Assembly (NCBI RefSeq): GCF_000185805.1
Contig: NC_014926.1
Coordinates: forward strand, 264,418-328,417
Length of the DNA stretch: 64,000 nucleotides
Origin: Thermovibrio ammonificans HB-1
Lineage (GTDB): Bacteria > Aquificota > Aquificia > Desulfurobacteriales > Desulfurobacteriaceae
Direction: 5' to 3'
Shown: in pieces, positions 46,601 through 56,791 of the stretch
Layout of the letters: each line of letters opens with the position of its first letter
Position numbering within the stretch: the stretch's first letter is position 1
The notes under the pieces: generated by a model
Databases searched by the model: none
What the model saw: only the letters and a program-made list of their open reading frames with translations
Told to the model about the DNA's origin: nothing
Made by a program: the position numbers and the translations under genes

Positions 46601-46773
46601 AGTATATGAACATCTATACTAAACAAATTTTCTAACTCTAAGTCCATATCTTCTTGTTTATTCAAACCAACTACTTTTTCCCATAAAGCAAATAAACTTC
46701 CTATTTCAGCTTTTAAAATTTCACCTCTGTATTGTTCTAATCTATTTAAATCTAATCCTGACATCTTTCCCAC
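43669..46773 (-). CDS. cas10: large subunit, Cas10/Cmr2-like, with no detectable HD or GGDD catalytic motifs
   Basis: 1034 aa. Sits in the operon position of cas10. Has a treble-clef Zn finger CPICQ...CEVC at about residue 370. No HD dyad near the N-terminus and no GGDD/GGDE anywhere. Confidence 0.45.
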   Translation of the reverse strand: MGKMSGLDLNRLEQYRGEILKAEIGSLFALWEKVVGLNKQEDMDLELENLFSIDVHILGERFYLYKDFLKNWRNKWDNLLKIYYNLSEITNSQFEKANIKSEKINNLSNPFGAIKDSKYTRGDFTKDELIKEIKKIFFILGDTKKEEYQNKIDEIYKNCIGLKIKLKKYLDNLISDDRFPNNEVSLWQQTFVTSSLFKALISNYILTSKVVESIREVKWRILGIQYDKFGLAEKGLKLASIQWYREITEKIDEEIKKLLEVEYPIGNEIYRDETGIYFIVGDNLGADENVNMTKLKNELRELENKIYEIFERETEDEFYPAIFLTKASRGLMNLSYLLENAKNNFLKAKRKKDLNLWLLRTKKGKAIGICPICQVRLIYESDKEKNNSPTICEVCDNRTHHKQVSQWIDNISGETIWLDEVKDKNNRVAYISLKFELEDWLNGNLLNTIIKIEENKSQQLIESIKENIISKKKRVDKDWLHLSFTRNEELKKVGNLNAESLFFDNILGTQWESWIKETSLNSKIDWINEKIKWEEFTSESDPAVDLLAILLLQFLLRKNPSPARLRRIWETTREFFEDIHINLDTILDIPKWRKQRICFEIENENIANKIKSTGEELEGDGLLYWAQPKGNKVRFYLISSIEDFIKKYGNKSKEILGELRKESNPENIEKLNEKLNNLFSSIEQERNFLQEFNFHSIKFRRSNDKNELFSISSSDIKAIKFISYKPFAKITDPSPKSYQVVIPAEYLEKFIDGVMERYNREFKYVHGKLPLHIGIVVSHYKRPAYVNLKALRRIRRDVKDINKLYESKCISEFCIYQKKKLSLASIEESINNTERYYSLYWNNMYEKDYNFYIKPNNNWKKWISTIDKFPQNSSVEIVSNTFDFEFMDTNTRKNDIFYDENNKYKRAIKRKSNRPYEIEKYWDKFKAFKKLITGKNYQRSRLFKIVEFIYSKLPEIEDENFGTDYSYMFAPMFYRYLDLHDINRRILFKEIFDIDVNLNSQEYLEKLREALSNTKNLYLFIDMFEFWHTMLKEV

Positions 46774-47918
46774 CCTTTGTTCTTTGGTTTTTCGGGTAAT
46801 TCTATATTTTTATCTAAACAAATCTTCTTTTCTGATTCTAAAATTTCAAACCTTCCCCAGCCTAATTTTGTTTTAGCTCCAACTCCTTTGTTTGCTAAAA
46901 CTTTTAAAGCTTCAATTAAGTTGCCTAAATCTTTCTGGATTTCCTCTCTTAACTCTTCATCTGTTTTCAAAATCCCGTCAAAAGGAATATAAATTAATTG
47001 GAAAATTCCTTCTGTTCCTGCTGGGACTACTTCGTAATGAATTGGATTTTTTCCGGCTCTTTTTCTTCTATCGTGAGGATTGATTATTTCAAGAGAAAGT
47101 TCATCAAAATAGGTTGGATAAAATATGGCTCTTCCTTTGTGAGTTTGGAATTCTAAAGAAAGATAAGAATAGGAGTTTTTGTATTTTTCCCATACTTTGA
47201 CAGCAAGTAAGTTACTAATATCTTTATAGTTTTGTGCGTTATTTACATTTTCTATTAGTTCCTGATTTATTTCCAATCCTAACTCAAACAGAACAAATTT
47301 TAGAAACTCTTCTTTATATTTTTGTAAATTTTCATGTTCATTCCTTTTGAGTTTATTTTTTAGATACTCCTCCAATGTTTTTATACTTTCTGAACCTGCT
47401 CCGAATATTCTTAGAAAACTTTCTATAGCTTTTCGACTGTTTTCTAAAGTATTAGCTTTATTTATTAATTCTCTAAACGCATGGGCTAAAGCTCCTTTCC
47501 AGGCAGAGCCTCTAATCATTGGAACTTTGAAATTTGTTTCTTTTAAAATAGGGTTTTGAATTATATAAAATTCATCATCATCTTTTGAAAAATAAGGAGC
47601 TTTGAGTTTAAATTTAAACCAAATTGCAAAGGAATATTTAGGAAGTTTTTCTACATAGCTTTGTAGATTTGATAAGTTATTGTTTTCATCATTTTCAAAA
47701 ATGCCCGAAATCCGTTTTATTTGTTGATTATTACCAATCTCATATTTTTTATTTTTTCTATTCTTAATAGAACCTTTATGATTTTCTAACTCTTTAGTTT
47801 TATTCTTCACATAACCAAATTTTAACCTAATAAAACTTTTAAATGAATTTTCTGTTTTTCTGAAAATTTCTCCGCTATTTTCCTTATATTCAACATAAAC
47901 TTCAAATTTAGCCATCAC
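46752..47918 (-). CDS. cmr6: Cas7-group RAMP, Cmr6-like
   Basis: MIRGSAWKGALAHAF (an IPGSS-KGALR-type motif) and a C-terminal G-rich loop GVGAKTKLGWGRFEI. Roughly 130-aa Lys/Asn-rich N-terminal extension. Confidence 0.55.
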   Translation of the reverse strand: MMAKFEVYVEYKENSGEIFRKTENSFKSFIRLKFGYVKNKTKELENHKGSIKNRKNKKYEIGNNQQIKRISGIFENDENNNLSNLQSYVEKLPKYSFAIWFKFKLKAPYFSKDDDEFYIIQNPILKETNFKVPMIRGSAWKGALAHAFRELINKANTLENSRKAIESFLRIFGAGSESIKTLEEYLKNKLKRNEHENLQKYKEEFLKFVLFELGLEINQELIENVNNAQNYKDISNLLAVKVWEKYKNSYSYLSLEFQTHKGRAIFYPTYFDELSLEIINPHDRRKRAGKNPIHYEVVPAGTEGIFQLIYIPFDGILKTDEELREEIQKDLGNLIEALKVLANKGVGAKTKLGWGRFEILESEKKICLDKNIELPEKPKNKGWERCQD

Positions 47919-49170
47919 TTTTACCTTCCAAATTTAGTAATCCGGCAATAGATAAAAATCCTGCTTTCAGTTGTTTATTTTCTTTATGTATAAATGGAAG
48001 TATTTTTGAACCTTCTCCTCGCTCGCCCAATAATTTGTGCCTGAATTTTTTCCATTGCATAATATCTTCACATTTATAGCTTTTACCTTTACATTCTATC
48101 TCTTTATTTTTTTGAAATTCTTTCCTATTATTAAAACATTCATTTTCAAATTTACTTTTATTATTTTGTTCTTTTTCTTCACAAATATGTCTTAAGCAAT
48201 CTCTTATATCTAATTTCTTTTTAAGGAGATATTTTATATTTTCATAGATATTACTACTATCGCTATTTTCTGAGAGTCTAAAAATAATAAATCTTTCAGG
48301 TATATTTTTTATATTTTCTTTAAAAACTTCCTCTTTTTTACAATTAAATTGAAAATTTTTCTTATTTATATATAAGATTGAAGAATGAGGAGAAGAATTT
48401 AAACCAATTTCACAAGATAACACTAGTTCTTTCCAAGAAAAATGAGTTTTGGAAAAATGAGTTTTGTCAAATAATTCAAAATCAGTTTTTCTCCAGTTGT
48501 TAATAGGATTATTATTGTTATTTTCTTTTACTTCCAAAACTTCTAACCTCCCATATCCTATATTCCACTTCCCACCCCAAAAGCCGTATTTATCCATAAA
48601 AGTTAAAAGTGGATAGAAAATTAGTTCTATAATTTCTTCCTCTACTTCAAAGATAACTTCAAAGTTCCCATAAAAGTATGGTTTAGCGAAATAAAAAACT
48701 GACCATGTCTTGTTAGACCTTTGGGGGCAATCTCCGTTTTCTTTAATTTCATAATTTACCTTATTTAAGCATATTCTATTTGGTAAATTGAGTTTATCCC
48801 CGAAACAGTAACCGCTTGAGTATTTAATCTCCTTTATTTCTATCAAACTTTTCCAATTTGTTGTCCCAAAGATAATTGAGGGATAAGGTATATCTTGTTC
48901 TAATAAACATTTAATTTTATCTTTAAAAGAATTCCCTTTGTTAGCCAAGCAATTTTTAAAATCTTTTCTATTTACTTCTTTTTCAAACCTACCTAATTTG
49001 GGGCTAAAGTGTTTTCTTTTACAAATCCCACTAAAATAACAAATAACTTCGAACCAAAATCTTAAACTTCCAATTAAAGAAGAAGGTCGTATTTCACAAT
49101 TTTCCCGCCAGGCATCGCCCGTCCATAAGGGAGTTATTGTGTTAAATTTTACAGCTATCTCCTTTTTCAC
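47908..49170 (-). CDS. cmr1: Cas7-group RAMP, Cmr1-like
   Basis: N-terminal ITPLWTGDAW...IRPSSLIGSLRFWFEVI matches the Cmr1/Cmr6 hallmark. Also has the G-rich loop YGFWGGKWNIGYGRLEV. GTG start. Cys- and Lys-rich C-terminal third. Confidence 0.55.
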   Translation of the reverse strand: MKKEIAVKFNTITPLWTGDAWRENCEIRPSSLIGSLRFWFEVICYFSGICKRKHFSPKLGRFEKEVNRKDFKNCLANKGNSFKDKIKCLLEQDIPYPSIIFGTTNWKSLIEIKEIKYSSGYCFGDKLNLPNRICLNKVNYEIKENGDCPQRSNKTWSVFYFAKPYFYGNFEVIFEVEEEIIELIFYPLLTFMDKYGFWGGKWNIGYGRLEVLEVKENNNNNPINNWRKTDFELFDKTHFSKTHFSWKELVLSCEIGLNSSPHSSILYINKKNFQFNCKKEEVFKENIKNIPERFIIFRLSENSDSSNIYENIKYLLKKKLDIRDCLRHICEEKEQNNKSKFENECFNNRKEFQKNKEIECKGKSYKCEDIMQWKKFRHKLLGERGEGSKILPFIHKENKQLKAGFLSIAGLLNLEGKSDG

Positions 49171-49225
49171 CCATCCCTCAGGTTATGGATTTTTTGGGTC
49201 AAAAGTTTTATTTAGGATATCATAA

Positions 49226-50359
<1,134 letters not shown>

Positions 50360-50360
50360 G

Positions 50361-50651
50361 TCAGTCGATTGGTGAGAATATAACCTTGTTAACGAGGATT
50401 TCTCCCCGTTTTGTTCTCACTACGAGGAACCCTTTTAGCCCTTCGTGGTTTGCGATTTTTTTCAGTAGCTTCCCGATTTCCTTAAAGCACTCTTCCTTCT
50501 CTCTGCACTTTAGCACGGCGTCGAGCACTATAACTTCGCCTCTTTTCAGGTAGACTTCAACTTCCCCCTTCTCTTTCAGGGCTTTCCAGAACTCGGAGCT
50601 GTTGACTTTTATCCTCTTTTGAACTTCCCTCTCGATGATTTTTACGGTCAC
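50361..50651 (-). CDS. hypothetical small protein
   Basis: 96-aa ORF with no recognisable motif. Confidence 0.3.
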   Translation of the reverse strand: MTVKIIEREVQKRIKVNSSEFWKALKEKGEVEVYLKRGEVIVLDAVLKCREKEECFKEIGKLLKKIANHEGLKGFLVVRTKRGEILVNKVIFSPID

Positions 50652-50738
50652 GGCTGCCCCCTCTGGGCGTGGTTTCCCGAAATGAATAGAATTTACTCAA
50701 CAGTTTGTAGAAACCAATTTTACCAGCAGGAGGAAGGT

Positions 50739-51242
50739 ATGTCGGAAGTTCTCAAGGGAAGGGCTTTTAAGTTCGGAGACGACGTTAATACCGACGAGAT
50801 AATACCGGCCCGTTACCTTAACACTTCGGACCCTAAGGAGCTTGCAAAGCACGTTATGGAGGACGCAGACCCCGAGTTTCCCAAAAAGGTTCAGCCCGGG
50901 GATATTATCGTTGCCGGTAAGAACTTCGGCTGCGGCTCTTCGAGGGAGCACGCTCCCATAGCCATTAAGGCGGCCGGTGTTTCTGCGGTTATAGCCAAGT
51001 CTTTCGCGAGGATTTTCTACAGGAACGCAATCAACATCGGCCTTCCGATTTTTGAGTCTCCCGAGGCTGTTGAGGGGATTGAAGAGGGTGATGTTGTTGA
51101 AATCAACCCAGAAACCGGAGTGATAAGGAATTTGACTAAGGGGACCGAGTTTAAGGCCACCCCGATTCCCGAGGATATAAGGAAGATTATGGAGGCCGGC
51201 GGCCTTATGGAATACGCCAAGCAGAAGTTGGGATTAAAGTAG
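50739..51242 (+). CDS. leuD: 3-isopropylmalate dehydratase small subunit
   Basis: [23 protein letters not shown]... is a short-form LeuD. AGGAGGAAGG RBS. The upstream part of the ORF-track ORF is rejected. Confidence 0.85.
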   Translation: MSEVLKGRAFKFGDDVNTDEIIPARYLNTSDPKELAKHVMEDADPEFPKKVQPGDIIVAGKNFGCGSSREHAPIAIKAAGVSAVIAKSFARIFYRNAINIGLPIFESPEAVEGIEEGDVVEINPETGVIRNLTKGTEFKATPIPEDIRKIMEAGGLMEYAKQKLGLK

Positions 51243-51253
51243 GAGGTGAGAAG

Positions 51254-52333
51254 GTGCGTAAGTTCAAGATTGCAGTTCTGCCCGGTGATGGTATAGGTCC
51301 GGAGATTGTAAAGCAGGCCGTAAAGGTTATGGAGGCTGCTGCCGAGAAGTTCGGTTTCGGCCTTGAGCTCAACTACGGCCTCATCGGCGGCGCCGCGATA
51401 GACGAAACCGGCGTTCCTTTCCCCGAGGAGACAAAGGAGCTCATTCTGTCGTCTGACGCGGTTCTCCTCGGAGCCGTTGGAGGGCCCAAGTGGGATAACC
51501 TCCCCTTTGAGATAAGGCCCGAGAGGGCGCTTTTGGGGATGAGGAAGCTCCTTAACGCCTTCGCCAACCTGCGCCCCGCAAGGCTCTACGATGAGCTCAT
51601 AGACGCTTCCACTTTAAAGCCCGAGGTTGTAAGGGGCGTAGACATTATGGTTATAAGGGAGCTGACGAGCGGCATTTACTTTGGTATCCCGAAGGGGATA
51701 TTCGTAGACGGCGACGAGAGGGTGGGAATCAACACCCTTCGCTACTACGAGCACGAAGTTGAGAGAATCGCGAAGGTTGCCTTTGAGGTTGCCCGCAAGA
51801 GGAATAAGAAGGTAACGAGCGTAGATAAGGCGAACGTTTTGGAGGCTACCGTTCTGTGGCGGGAGGTTGTTGAGAGGGTTCACGAGAACTACCCCGACGT
51901 TGAGCTTCAACACATGTACGTAGACAACGCCGCAATGCAGATTATCAGGTGGCCCAAGCAGTTCGACGTAATAGTAACCACCAACATGTTCGGCGACATC
52001 CTCTCCGATGCCTGTGCAATGCTTACTGGCTCTTTGGGAATGCTCCCCTCTGCCTCTATCGGCGGCAAGATAGGGCTTTACGAGCCGATTCACGGCTCCG
52101 CCCCGGATATTGCCGGTCAGAATATCGCCAACCCGATAGCCACCATAAACTCTGCCGGTATGATGTTCACCTACTCCTTTGATATGCCGGAAGTTGAGGA
52201 GGCGATAGATAAAGCGGTTAGAGCAGTTCTGGCAAAAGGTTACAGGACGAGGGATATCTACTCCGAGGGAACGAAGCTCGTTTCCACCGAGGAGATGGGA
52301 GACCTTATAGCAGAAGAACTTAAGAACCTTTAA
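51254..52333 (+). CDS. leuB: 3-isopropylmalate dehydrogenase
   Basis: N-terminus [15 protein letters not shown] and the NMFGDILSD motif. Confidence 0.9.
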   Translation: MRKFKIAVLPGDGIGPEIVKQAVKVMEAAAEKFGFGLELNYGLIGGAAIDETGVPFPEETKELILSSDAVLLGAVGGPKWDNLPFEIRPERALLGMRKLLNAFANLRPARLYDELIDASTLKPEVVRGVDIMVIRELTSGIYFGIPKGIFVDGDERVGINTLRYYEHEVERIAKVAFEVARKRNKKVTSVDKANVLEATVLWREVVERVHENYPDVELQHMYVDNAAMQIIRWPKQFDVIVTTNMFGDILSDACAMLTGSLGMLPSASIGGKIGLYEPIHGSAPDIAGQNIANPIATINSAGMMFTYSFDMPEVEEAIDKAVRAVLAKGYRTRDIYSEGTKLVSTEEMGDLIAEELKNL

Positions 52334-52344
52334 AGGGGTGAGCT

Positions 52345-53361
52345 ATGAAAGGTTACACCGTTGCCGTTGTAGGTGCCACGGGAGCAGTCGGGCAGGAGAT
52401 GCTGAAGATACTCGAGGAGAGGGACTTTCCCGTTGCAAAGCTGAAAGCCCTTGCCTCTGCCCGCTCTGCCGGCAAAAAGGTGAAGTTTAAGGGAGAAGAG
52501 GTTACCGTTGAGGAGCTTCGCCCCGAAAGCTTTGAAGGCGTAGATATCGCCCTCTTCTCCGCCGGCGGCGACAGGAGCAGGCAGTTTGCCCCCGAGGCGG
52601 TAAAGCGGGGAGCAGTGGTTATAGACAACAGCTCCGCCTTCAGGATGGAGCCCGACGTTCCCCTGGTTGTTCCCGAAGTTAACCCCGAAGACGTTGAGTG
52701 GCATAAGGGGATAATTGCCAACCCCAACTGCTCCACCATACAGATGGTTGTTGTCTTAAAGCCCCTTCACGACCTTGCAAAAATAAAACGGGTTGTTGTT
52801 GCAACCTACCAGGCTGTTTCCGGGGCCGGCGCTCAGGCTATAGAGGAGCTTAAGGAACAAACGAAGGCCGTTCTTGAGGGAAGGCCCGTTCCTCCGGCCA
52901 ACAAGATACCCCGCCAGATAGCCTTCAACTGCGTTCCCCACATAGACAAGTTCTTCGACGACGGCTACACCCGGGAAGAGCACAAGATGATTAACGAGAC
53001 CAAAAAAATTATGCACGACGACTCCATAAAGGTTTCCCCCACCTGCGTTAGGGTTCCGGTTTTCGTGGGTCACTCAGAGGTTGTGAACATCGAGTTTGAG
53101 AAGCCCATAACAGTTGAGCAGGCGAGGGAGGCCCTCGAGAGAGCTCCCGGCGTTGAGGTGGTTGACGACTTTAAAAACCACATTTACCCCACCCCCATAG
53201 ACGTTGCGGGCAAGGACCCTGTGCTTGTGGGCAGAATCAGGCGAGATGATACAATAGAAAACGGCCTCAACCTGTGGATTGTCGGCGATAACCTTAGGAA
53301 AGGCGCGGCCCTCAACGCCGTTCAGATTGCGGAACTCCTCGTTGAAAAGGGGCTCGTTTAA
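52345..53361 (+). CDS. asd: aspartate-semialdehyde dehydrogenase
   Basis: NAD(P)-binding motif VAVVGATGAVGQ and the active-site sequence NPNCSTI. Confidence 0.9.
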   Translation: MKGYTVAVVGATGAVGQEMLKILEERDFPVAKLKALASARSAGKKVKFKGEEVTVEELRPESFEGVDIALFSAGGDRSRQFAPEAVKRGAVVIDNSSAFRMEPDVPLVVPEVNPEDVEWHKGIIANPNCSTIQMVVVLKPLHDLAKIKRVVVATYQAVSGAGAQAIEELKEQTKAVLEGRPVPPANKIPRQIAFNCVPHIDKFFDDGYTREEHKMINETKKIMHDDSIKVSPTCVRVPVFVGHSEVVNIEFEKPITVEQAREALERAPGVEVVDDFKNHIYPTPIDVAGKDPVLVGRIRRDDTIENGLNLWIVGDNLRKGAALNAVQIAELLVEKGLV

Positions 53362-53373
53362 GGGGGAACTTCG

Positions 53374-53733
53374 ATGGAAGAGCTTTTAAAGCAACTTTTA
53401 AGTGAAAACCCTGAGCTTCAAGCCCTCCTCGTTGTAGACGAGGAGGGTATAGTTGTTTACAAGGAGAGCCGGGAAGGGCTGCCGTTCGACCCGGAGGAAG
53501 CGGCCGTAGAGCTCATCACGCCCAGCACCAGAATAGACGAGTTCCTTCACGACTCCCTGGAAGAGGAAAAGGGGCTCGAGGAGTTTATAGTCTTCTCGAG
53601 GCGTTACCTCTTCCTCGTTTATAAACTGGTGAACGAGACCTTCCTCGTTGCCGTCTCCTCCAGAACGCCCCTTTACGGCCGCCTGAGGTTCAGGCTCAGG
53701 TCTAAATTAAAAGAGGTGATAAAACAGCTGTAG
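53374..53733 (+). CDS. Roadblock/LC7 (MglB-like) domain protein
   Basis: 119 aa with the pattern ALLVVDEEGIVVYKESREG, typical of Roadblock/LC7 proteins. Confidence 0.55.
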   Translation: MEELLKQLLSENPELQALLVVDEEGIVVYKESREGLPFDPEEAAVELITPSTRIDEFLHDSLEEEKGLEEFIVFSRRYLFLVYKLVNETFLVAVSSRTPLYGRLRFRLRSKLKEVIKQL

Positions 53734-53746
53734 CAGGAGGGGAGAG

Positions 53747-54439
53747 ATGGCGAAGCTCTGGTACCTGGGCCACTCCACTTTCTACCTGGAAGGTGAAGGC
53801 GTTAAGGCCCTTATAGACCCGTTTTTAAGCGGGAACCCGTGGAAGATAGCATCTCCGGAGGACTTTACAGACCTCAACTACATCTTCGTAACTCACGGCC
53901 ACGGCGACCACTTGGGAGACGCCGTAGAGATTGCAAAAAGAACAGGCGCCACCGTTGTCAGCATCTTCGAGGTGTGCCAGTACTGCAACCTCAAAGGGGT
54001 TAACAACATTCACGCAATGCACATAGGGGGCTCTTACAACTTCCCCTTCGGGAGGGTGAAGCTCGTTCCCGCCGCCCACGGCTCCTCGGTTATAGAGAAC
54101 GACCAGGTTATTACCCTCGGAACTCCCTGCGGAATCCTTATAGAGGTAGAGGGTAAAACCGTTTACCACGCCGGAGACACCGGCCTTATAGCCGATATGG
54201 AGCTTCTGGGCCGCTACGAAGATATCCACATCGCCCTCCTTCCGATAGGCGGCAACTTCACAATGGATGTGAGGGATGCGGCCATTGCCGCCGAAATGGT
54301 TAAGCCCAAACTGGCCGTTCCCATGCACTTTAAGACCTGGCCCATAATAGAGGCCGAACCCGAAGAGTTTAAAGCTCTTGCAGAGGCAAGGGGCGTTCCC
54401 GTAGAGGTTCTACAACCCGGTGATACCTTAGAGTTCTAA
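53747..54439 (+). CDS. MBL-fold metal-dependent hydrolase (UPF0173-like)
   Basis: Metal-binding motif VTHGHGDHLGD and downstream HAGDTG. Confidence 0.8.
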   Translation: MAKLWYLGHSTFYLEGEGVKALIDPFLSGNPWKIASPEDFTDLNYIFVTHGHGDHLGDAVEIAKRTGATVVSIFEVCQYCNLKGVNNIHAMHIGGSYNFPFGRVKLVPAAHGSSVIENDQVITLGTPCGILIEVEGKTVYHAGDTGLIADMELLGRYEDIHIALLPIGGNFTMDVRDAAIAAEMVKPKLAVPMHFKTWPIIEAEPEEFKALAEARGVPVEVLQPGDTLEF

Positions 54440-55188
54440 TGCGGATTGGTGCTACTCTCTCGGGCGGCTTCGTGAAAGGGGTCGCCCACATCGGATTCCT
54501 TGAAGCGCTGGAGTATAAAGGTATCCCCCCTTCTTTCGTTGCCGGTTCAAGTGCAGGGGCGCTTGTAGGCGCCCTTTACTCTTTCGGACTCTCCACGAAA
54601 AAAATCTTAGAAATAGCCAAAGGTTTGTCCTGGAAAGACCTTGCAAGGCCTTCCCTGAAAGGGGGGCTTTTCAAGCTCGAGGGGCTCTACTCCATTTTGA
54701 AGGAAATCGTTGGCGATGCCCGTATAGAAGAGCTTCCCCTCCCTTTCGGCCTTGCGGTTGTAAACTTGAGAACCCTAAAAGTGGAATTTAAACGGGAGGG
54801 CCCTCTTGCAGACCTGGTTGTGGCCTCCTGCTCGGTTCCCCCTCTTTTCTCTCCTTGGAAAGTAGGCAGCGACTACTACGCCGACGGCGGCCTCAGAAAC
54901 TGCCTTCCCGCCGAAATGGCTAAGGCCGCCGGCGTTGAGTTAAACGTTTGTTGCAGCGTTAACGGCTACACCTACGCCTTTAACCCCAACTCCCTCCTCG
55001 ACGTTGCCGTTAGGGCTTCCCTTGCCACCGTAATAGAGAACCAGGAAACCCGTGAGCGCTACTGTGATATCATTGTGAACCTTTCACTTGAAGGTAACCC
55101 CTTGAGCTTCGATATGGTAGAGCTCTTTTACAGAACCGGCTACGATGAAACCTTAAAAAAACTTGAAGGAGGGGTGCCTTGGCTGTAA
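54439..55188 (+). CDS. patatin-like phospholipase
   Basis: Oxyanion hole GGFVKG, nucleophile GSSAG and catalytic DGG. Confidence 0.8.
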   Translation: MRIGATLSGGFVKGVAHIGFLEALEYKGIPPSFVAGSSAGALVGALYSFGLSTKKILEIAKGLSWKDLARPSLKGGLFKLEGLYSILKEIVGDARIEELPLPFGLAVVNLRTLKVEFKREGPLADLVVASCSVPPLFSPWKVGSDYYADGGLRNCLPAEMAKAAGVELNVCCSVNGYTYAFNPNSLLDVAVRASLATVIENQETRERYCDIIVNLSLEGNPLSFDMVELFYRTGYDETLKKLEGGVPWL

Positions 55189-55457
55189 AGGCCATTCACG
55201 CTTTCGTCTCGGGCAGGGTTCAGGGGGTAGGCTACAGGGCCTTTACCCGCAAGGTTGCAAGAGAGCTCGGGCTTGTGGGTTTCGTTCGCAACCTGCCCGA
55301 CGGCAGAGTTGAAGTTTACGCGGAAGGGGAGGAGGAGAAGCTGCAGGAGCTCCTTCGGCACCTTAAGAAGGGGCCATATTTTGCGAGGGTAGACTCTATA
55401 GAGGTTACCACCACGGAGCCAAGAGGTGGCTATGAGGAGTTTGTTATTACTTATTAG
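55179..55457 (+). CDS. acyP: acylphosphatase
   Basis: Acylphosphatase signatures [11 protein letters not shown] and [13 protein letters not shown]. Confidence 0.8.
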   Translation: MAVKAIHAFVSGRVQGVGYRAFTRKVARELGLVGFVRNLPDGRVEVYAEGEEEKLQELLRHLKKGPYFARVDSIEVTTTEPRGGYEEFVITY

Positions 55458-56484
55458 CCTGCTGTTTGCTTGCAATGCGGCTTTGGGAGAGGTTATCTAC
55501 CGGGTAAAGAGGGGAGATTCCCTCGGCAAAATAGCCCAGAAGTTCCACGTAACCGTAAGGGAGCTTAAAAGGGCCAACCGCCTTAAGGGGAATACCATAT
55601 ACGTGGGGCAGAAGCTCGTAATCCCCGTTAAATCTAACGGCCGTTTAAAAAGGGAGAAGAGCGCTACCAGAACCGTTTACAGAATTTATCGGGTAAAGCG
55701 GGGCGATACGCTGGGGAAAATCGCTGCCCGCTTTCACACAACCGTAAGGGAGCTTAAAAAGATTAACCGCCTCAGGAGTAACCGTATATACGTAGGGCAA
55801 AGGTTAAAGGTTCCCGTTAGAGTAAAAGTTGCTTCTGCATCCTCTTCTAAAGCCGCCACTTCGGCCGGAATCGTAAGAAAGGGAGGCGCCGTTTTCGTTC
55901 CCGAAGGGCTCACAAAGGTGCCGATATACAAGTATTACAGGGTTAAACGGGGCGATTCCGTTTTAAAAATTGCCAAAAAGCTCCACGTGTCGCCCCGAAT
56001 GATAATAAGACTCAACCACCTTAAAAGACCTTACATACTCAGGCCCGGCCAGAGGTTGAAGATACTCGTAGGCTACAAAGACGTTCTCAAACTAAACAGA
56101 CCCATAGCCTTCCGCTTCCCCCTCGACGGCCGCGTAGACCCAACCGTTAGAGAGAAGGGATACCCCGGTATATTCATACTCAGCCCTCCCGGGGCTCCTG
56201 TAAAGGCCGCCGAAACGGGAATAGTGAAGTTTGCAGGAGAAGACAGTAAGCTCCTTAAAGCCTACGGTAAAATGGTTATCATTCAGCACCCCGAAGGTTA
56301 CAGAACGGTTTACGCAAACTTAGGCTCCATAGACGTAAAGCCCAATCAACTTGTGAAAAGGGGTCAGGTTATAGGCACTGCCGGCACCTCGGGAGTTTGG
56401 GGAAGGAGCGGCATCTACTTCGATATCAGTAAAGTTTACAGGGGGAAAACCTACCACATCAATCCGTTAGAAGTTTTAAAGTGA
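55432..56484 (+). CDS. LysM-repeat / M23 peptidoglycan metalloendopeptidase
   Basis: Signal peptide, four LysM repeats ([13 protein letters not shown]...), and a C-terminal M23 domain. Confidence 0.85.
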   Translation: MRSLLLLISLLFACNAALGEVIYRVKRGDSLGKIAQKFHVTVRELKRANRLKGNTIYVGQKLVIPVKSNGRLKREKSATRTVYRIYRVKRGDTLGKIAARFHTTVRELKKINRLRSNRIYVGQRLKVPVRVKVASASSSKAATSAGIVRKGGAVFVPEGLTKVPIYKYYRVKRGDSVLKIAKKLHVSPRMIIRLNHLKRPYILRPGQRLKILVGYKDVLKLNRPIAFRFPLDGRVDPTVREKGYPGIFILSPPGAPVKAAETGIVKFAGEDSKLLKAYGKMVIIQHPEGYRTVYANLGSIDVKPNQLVKRGQVIGTAGTSGVWGRSGIYFDISKVYRGKTYHINPLEVLK

Positions 56485-56791
56485 TTGGCAGGCTTGGCCA
56501 GAACCCCTTTTGAACCTTTCGGCAGGCCCCGTTCGGCTTACGGCCGTAGAGTTTCTCTCTGCACTTGTGGTTTGAGCTTGTTCTAAAAGGAGATTTTAAA
56601 AGATTTGCTGCATTCCATCATAAAATCTTCAGAACCAGACTTTTTCATAGGGCCACAAGGTTTTCAGACTTTATATTAGATTATCATCATAAGCTTAATG
56701 GAGGTTCGCTGCACTTGACCCCCTTTTCACGCTGTTCTAATTTTGAGATAGCAGAAGCGGCTCTTTAACTTTCCGAATACGGCAAATGTGG

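Larger units (their letters stand above)
41268..49200. other. AT-rich genomic island B (about 28-30% GC): six-gene type III (Cmr-like, III-C-like) CRISPR-Cas effector operon, minus strand
   Basis: Compositional step at both ends. It lies between the pepP stop and the tgt start. The six ORFs overlap by 8-23 nt, consistent with a single operon. Confidence 0.6.

Noticed and set aside
41268-49200. Considered whether island B is a prophage remnant, a CBASS/Thoeris-type system or a toxin cluster instead of a Cas module.
   Set aside because: No integrase, capsid, cyclase or TIR/SIR2/STING-like motifs were seen. Four ORFs carry the RAMP G-rich loop or IPGSS-KG-type motifs, and the gene order matches type III-C.
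56565-56768. 67-aa ORF immediately upstream of the CRISPR array.
   Set aside because: It lies in the AT-rich leader-like region, has no RBS and no motif, and is more likely non-coding leader DNA.
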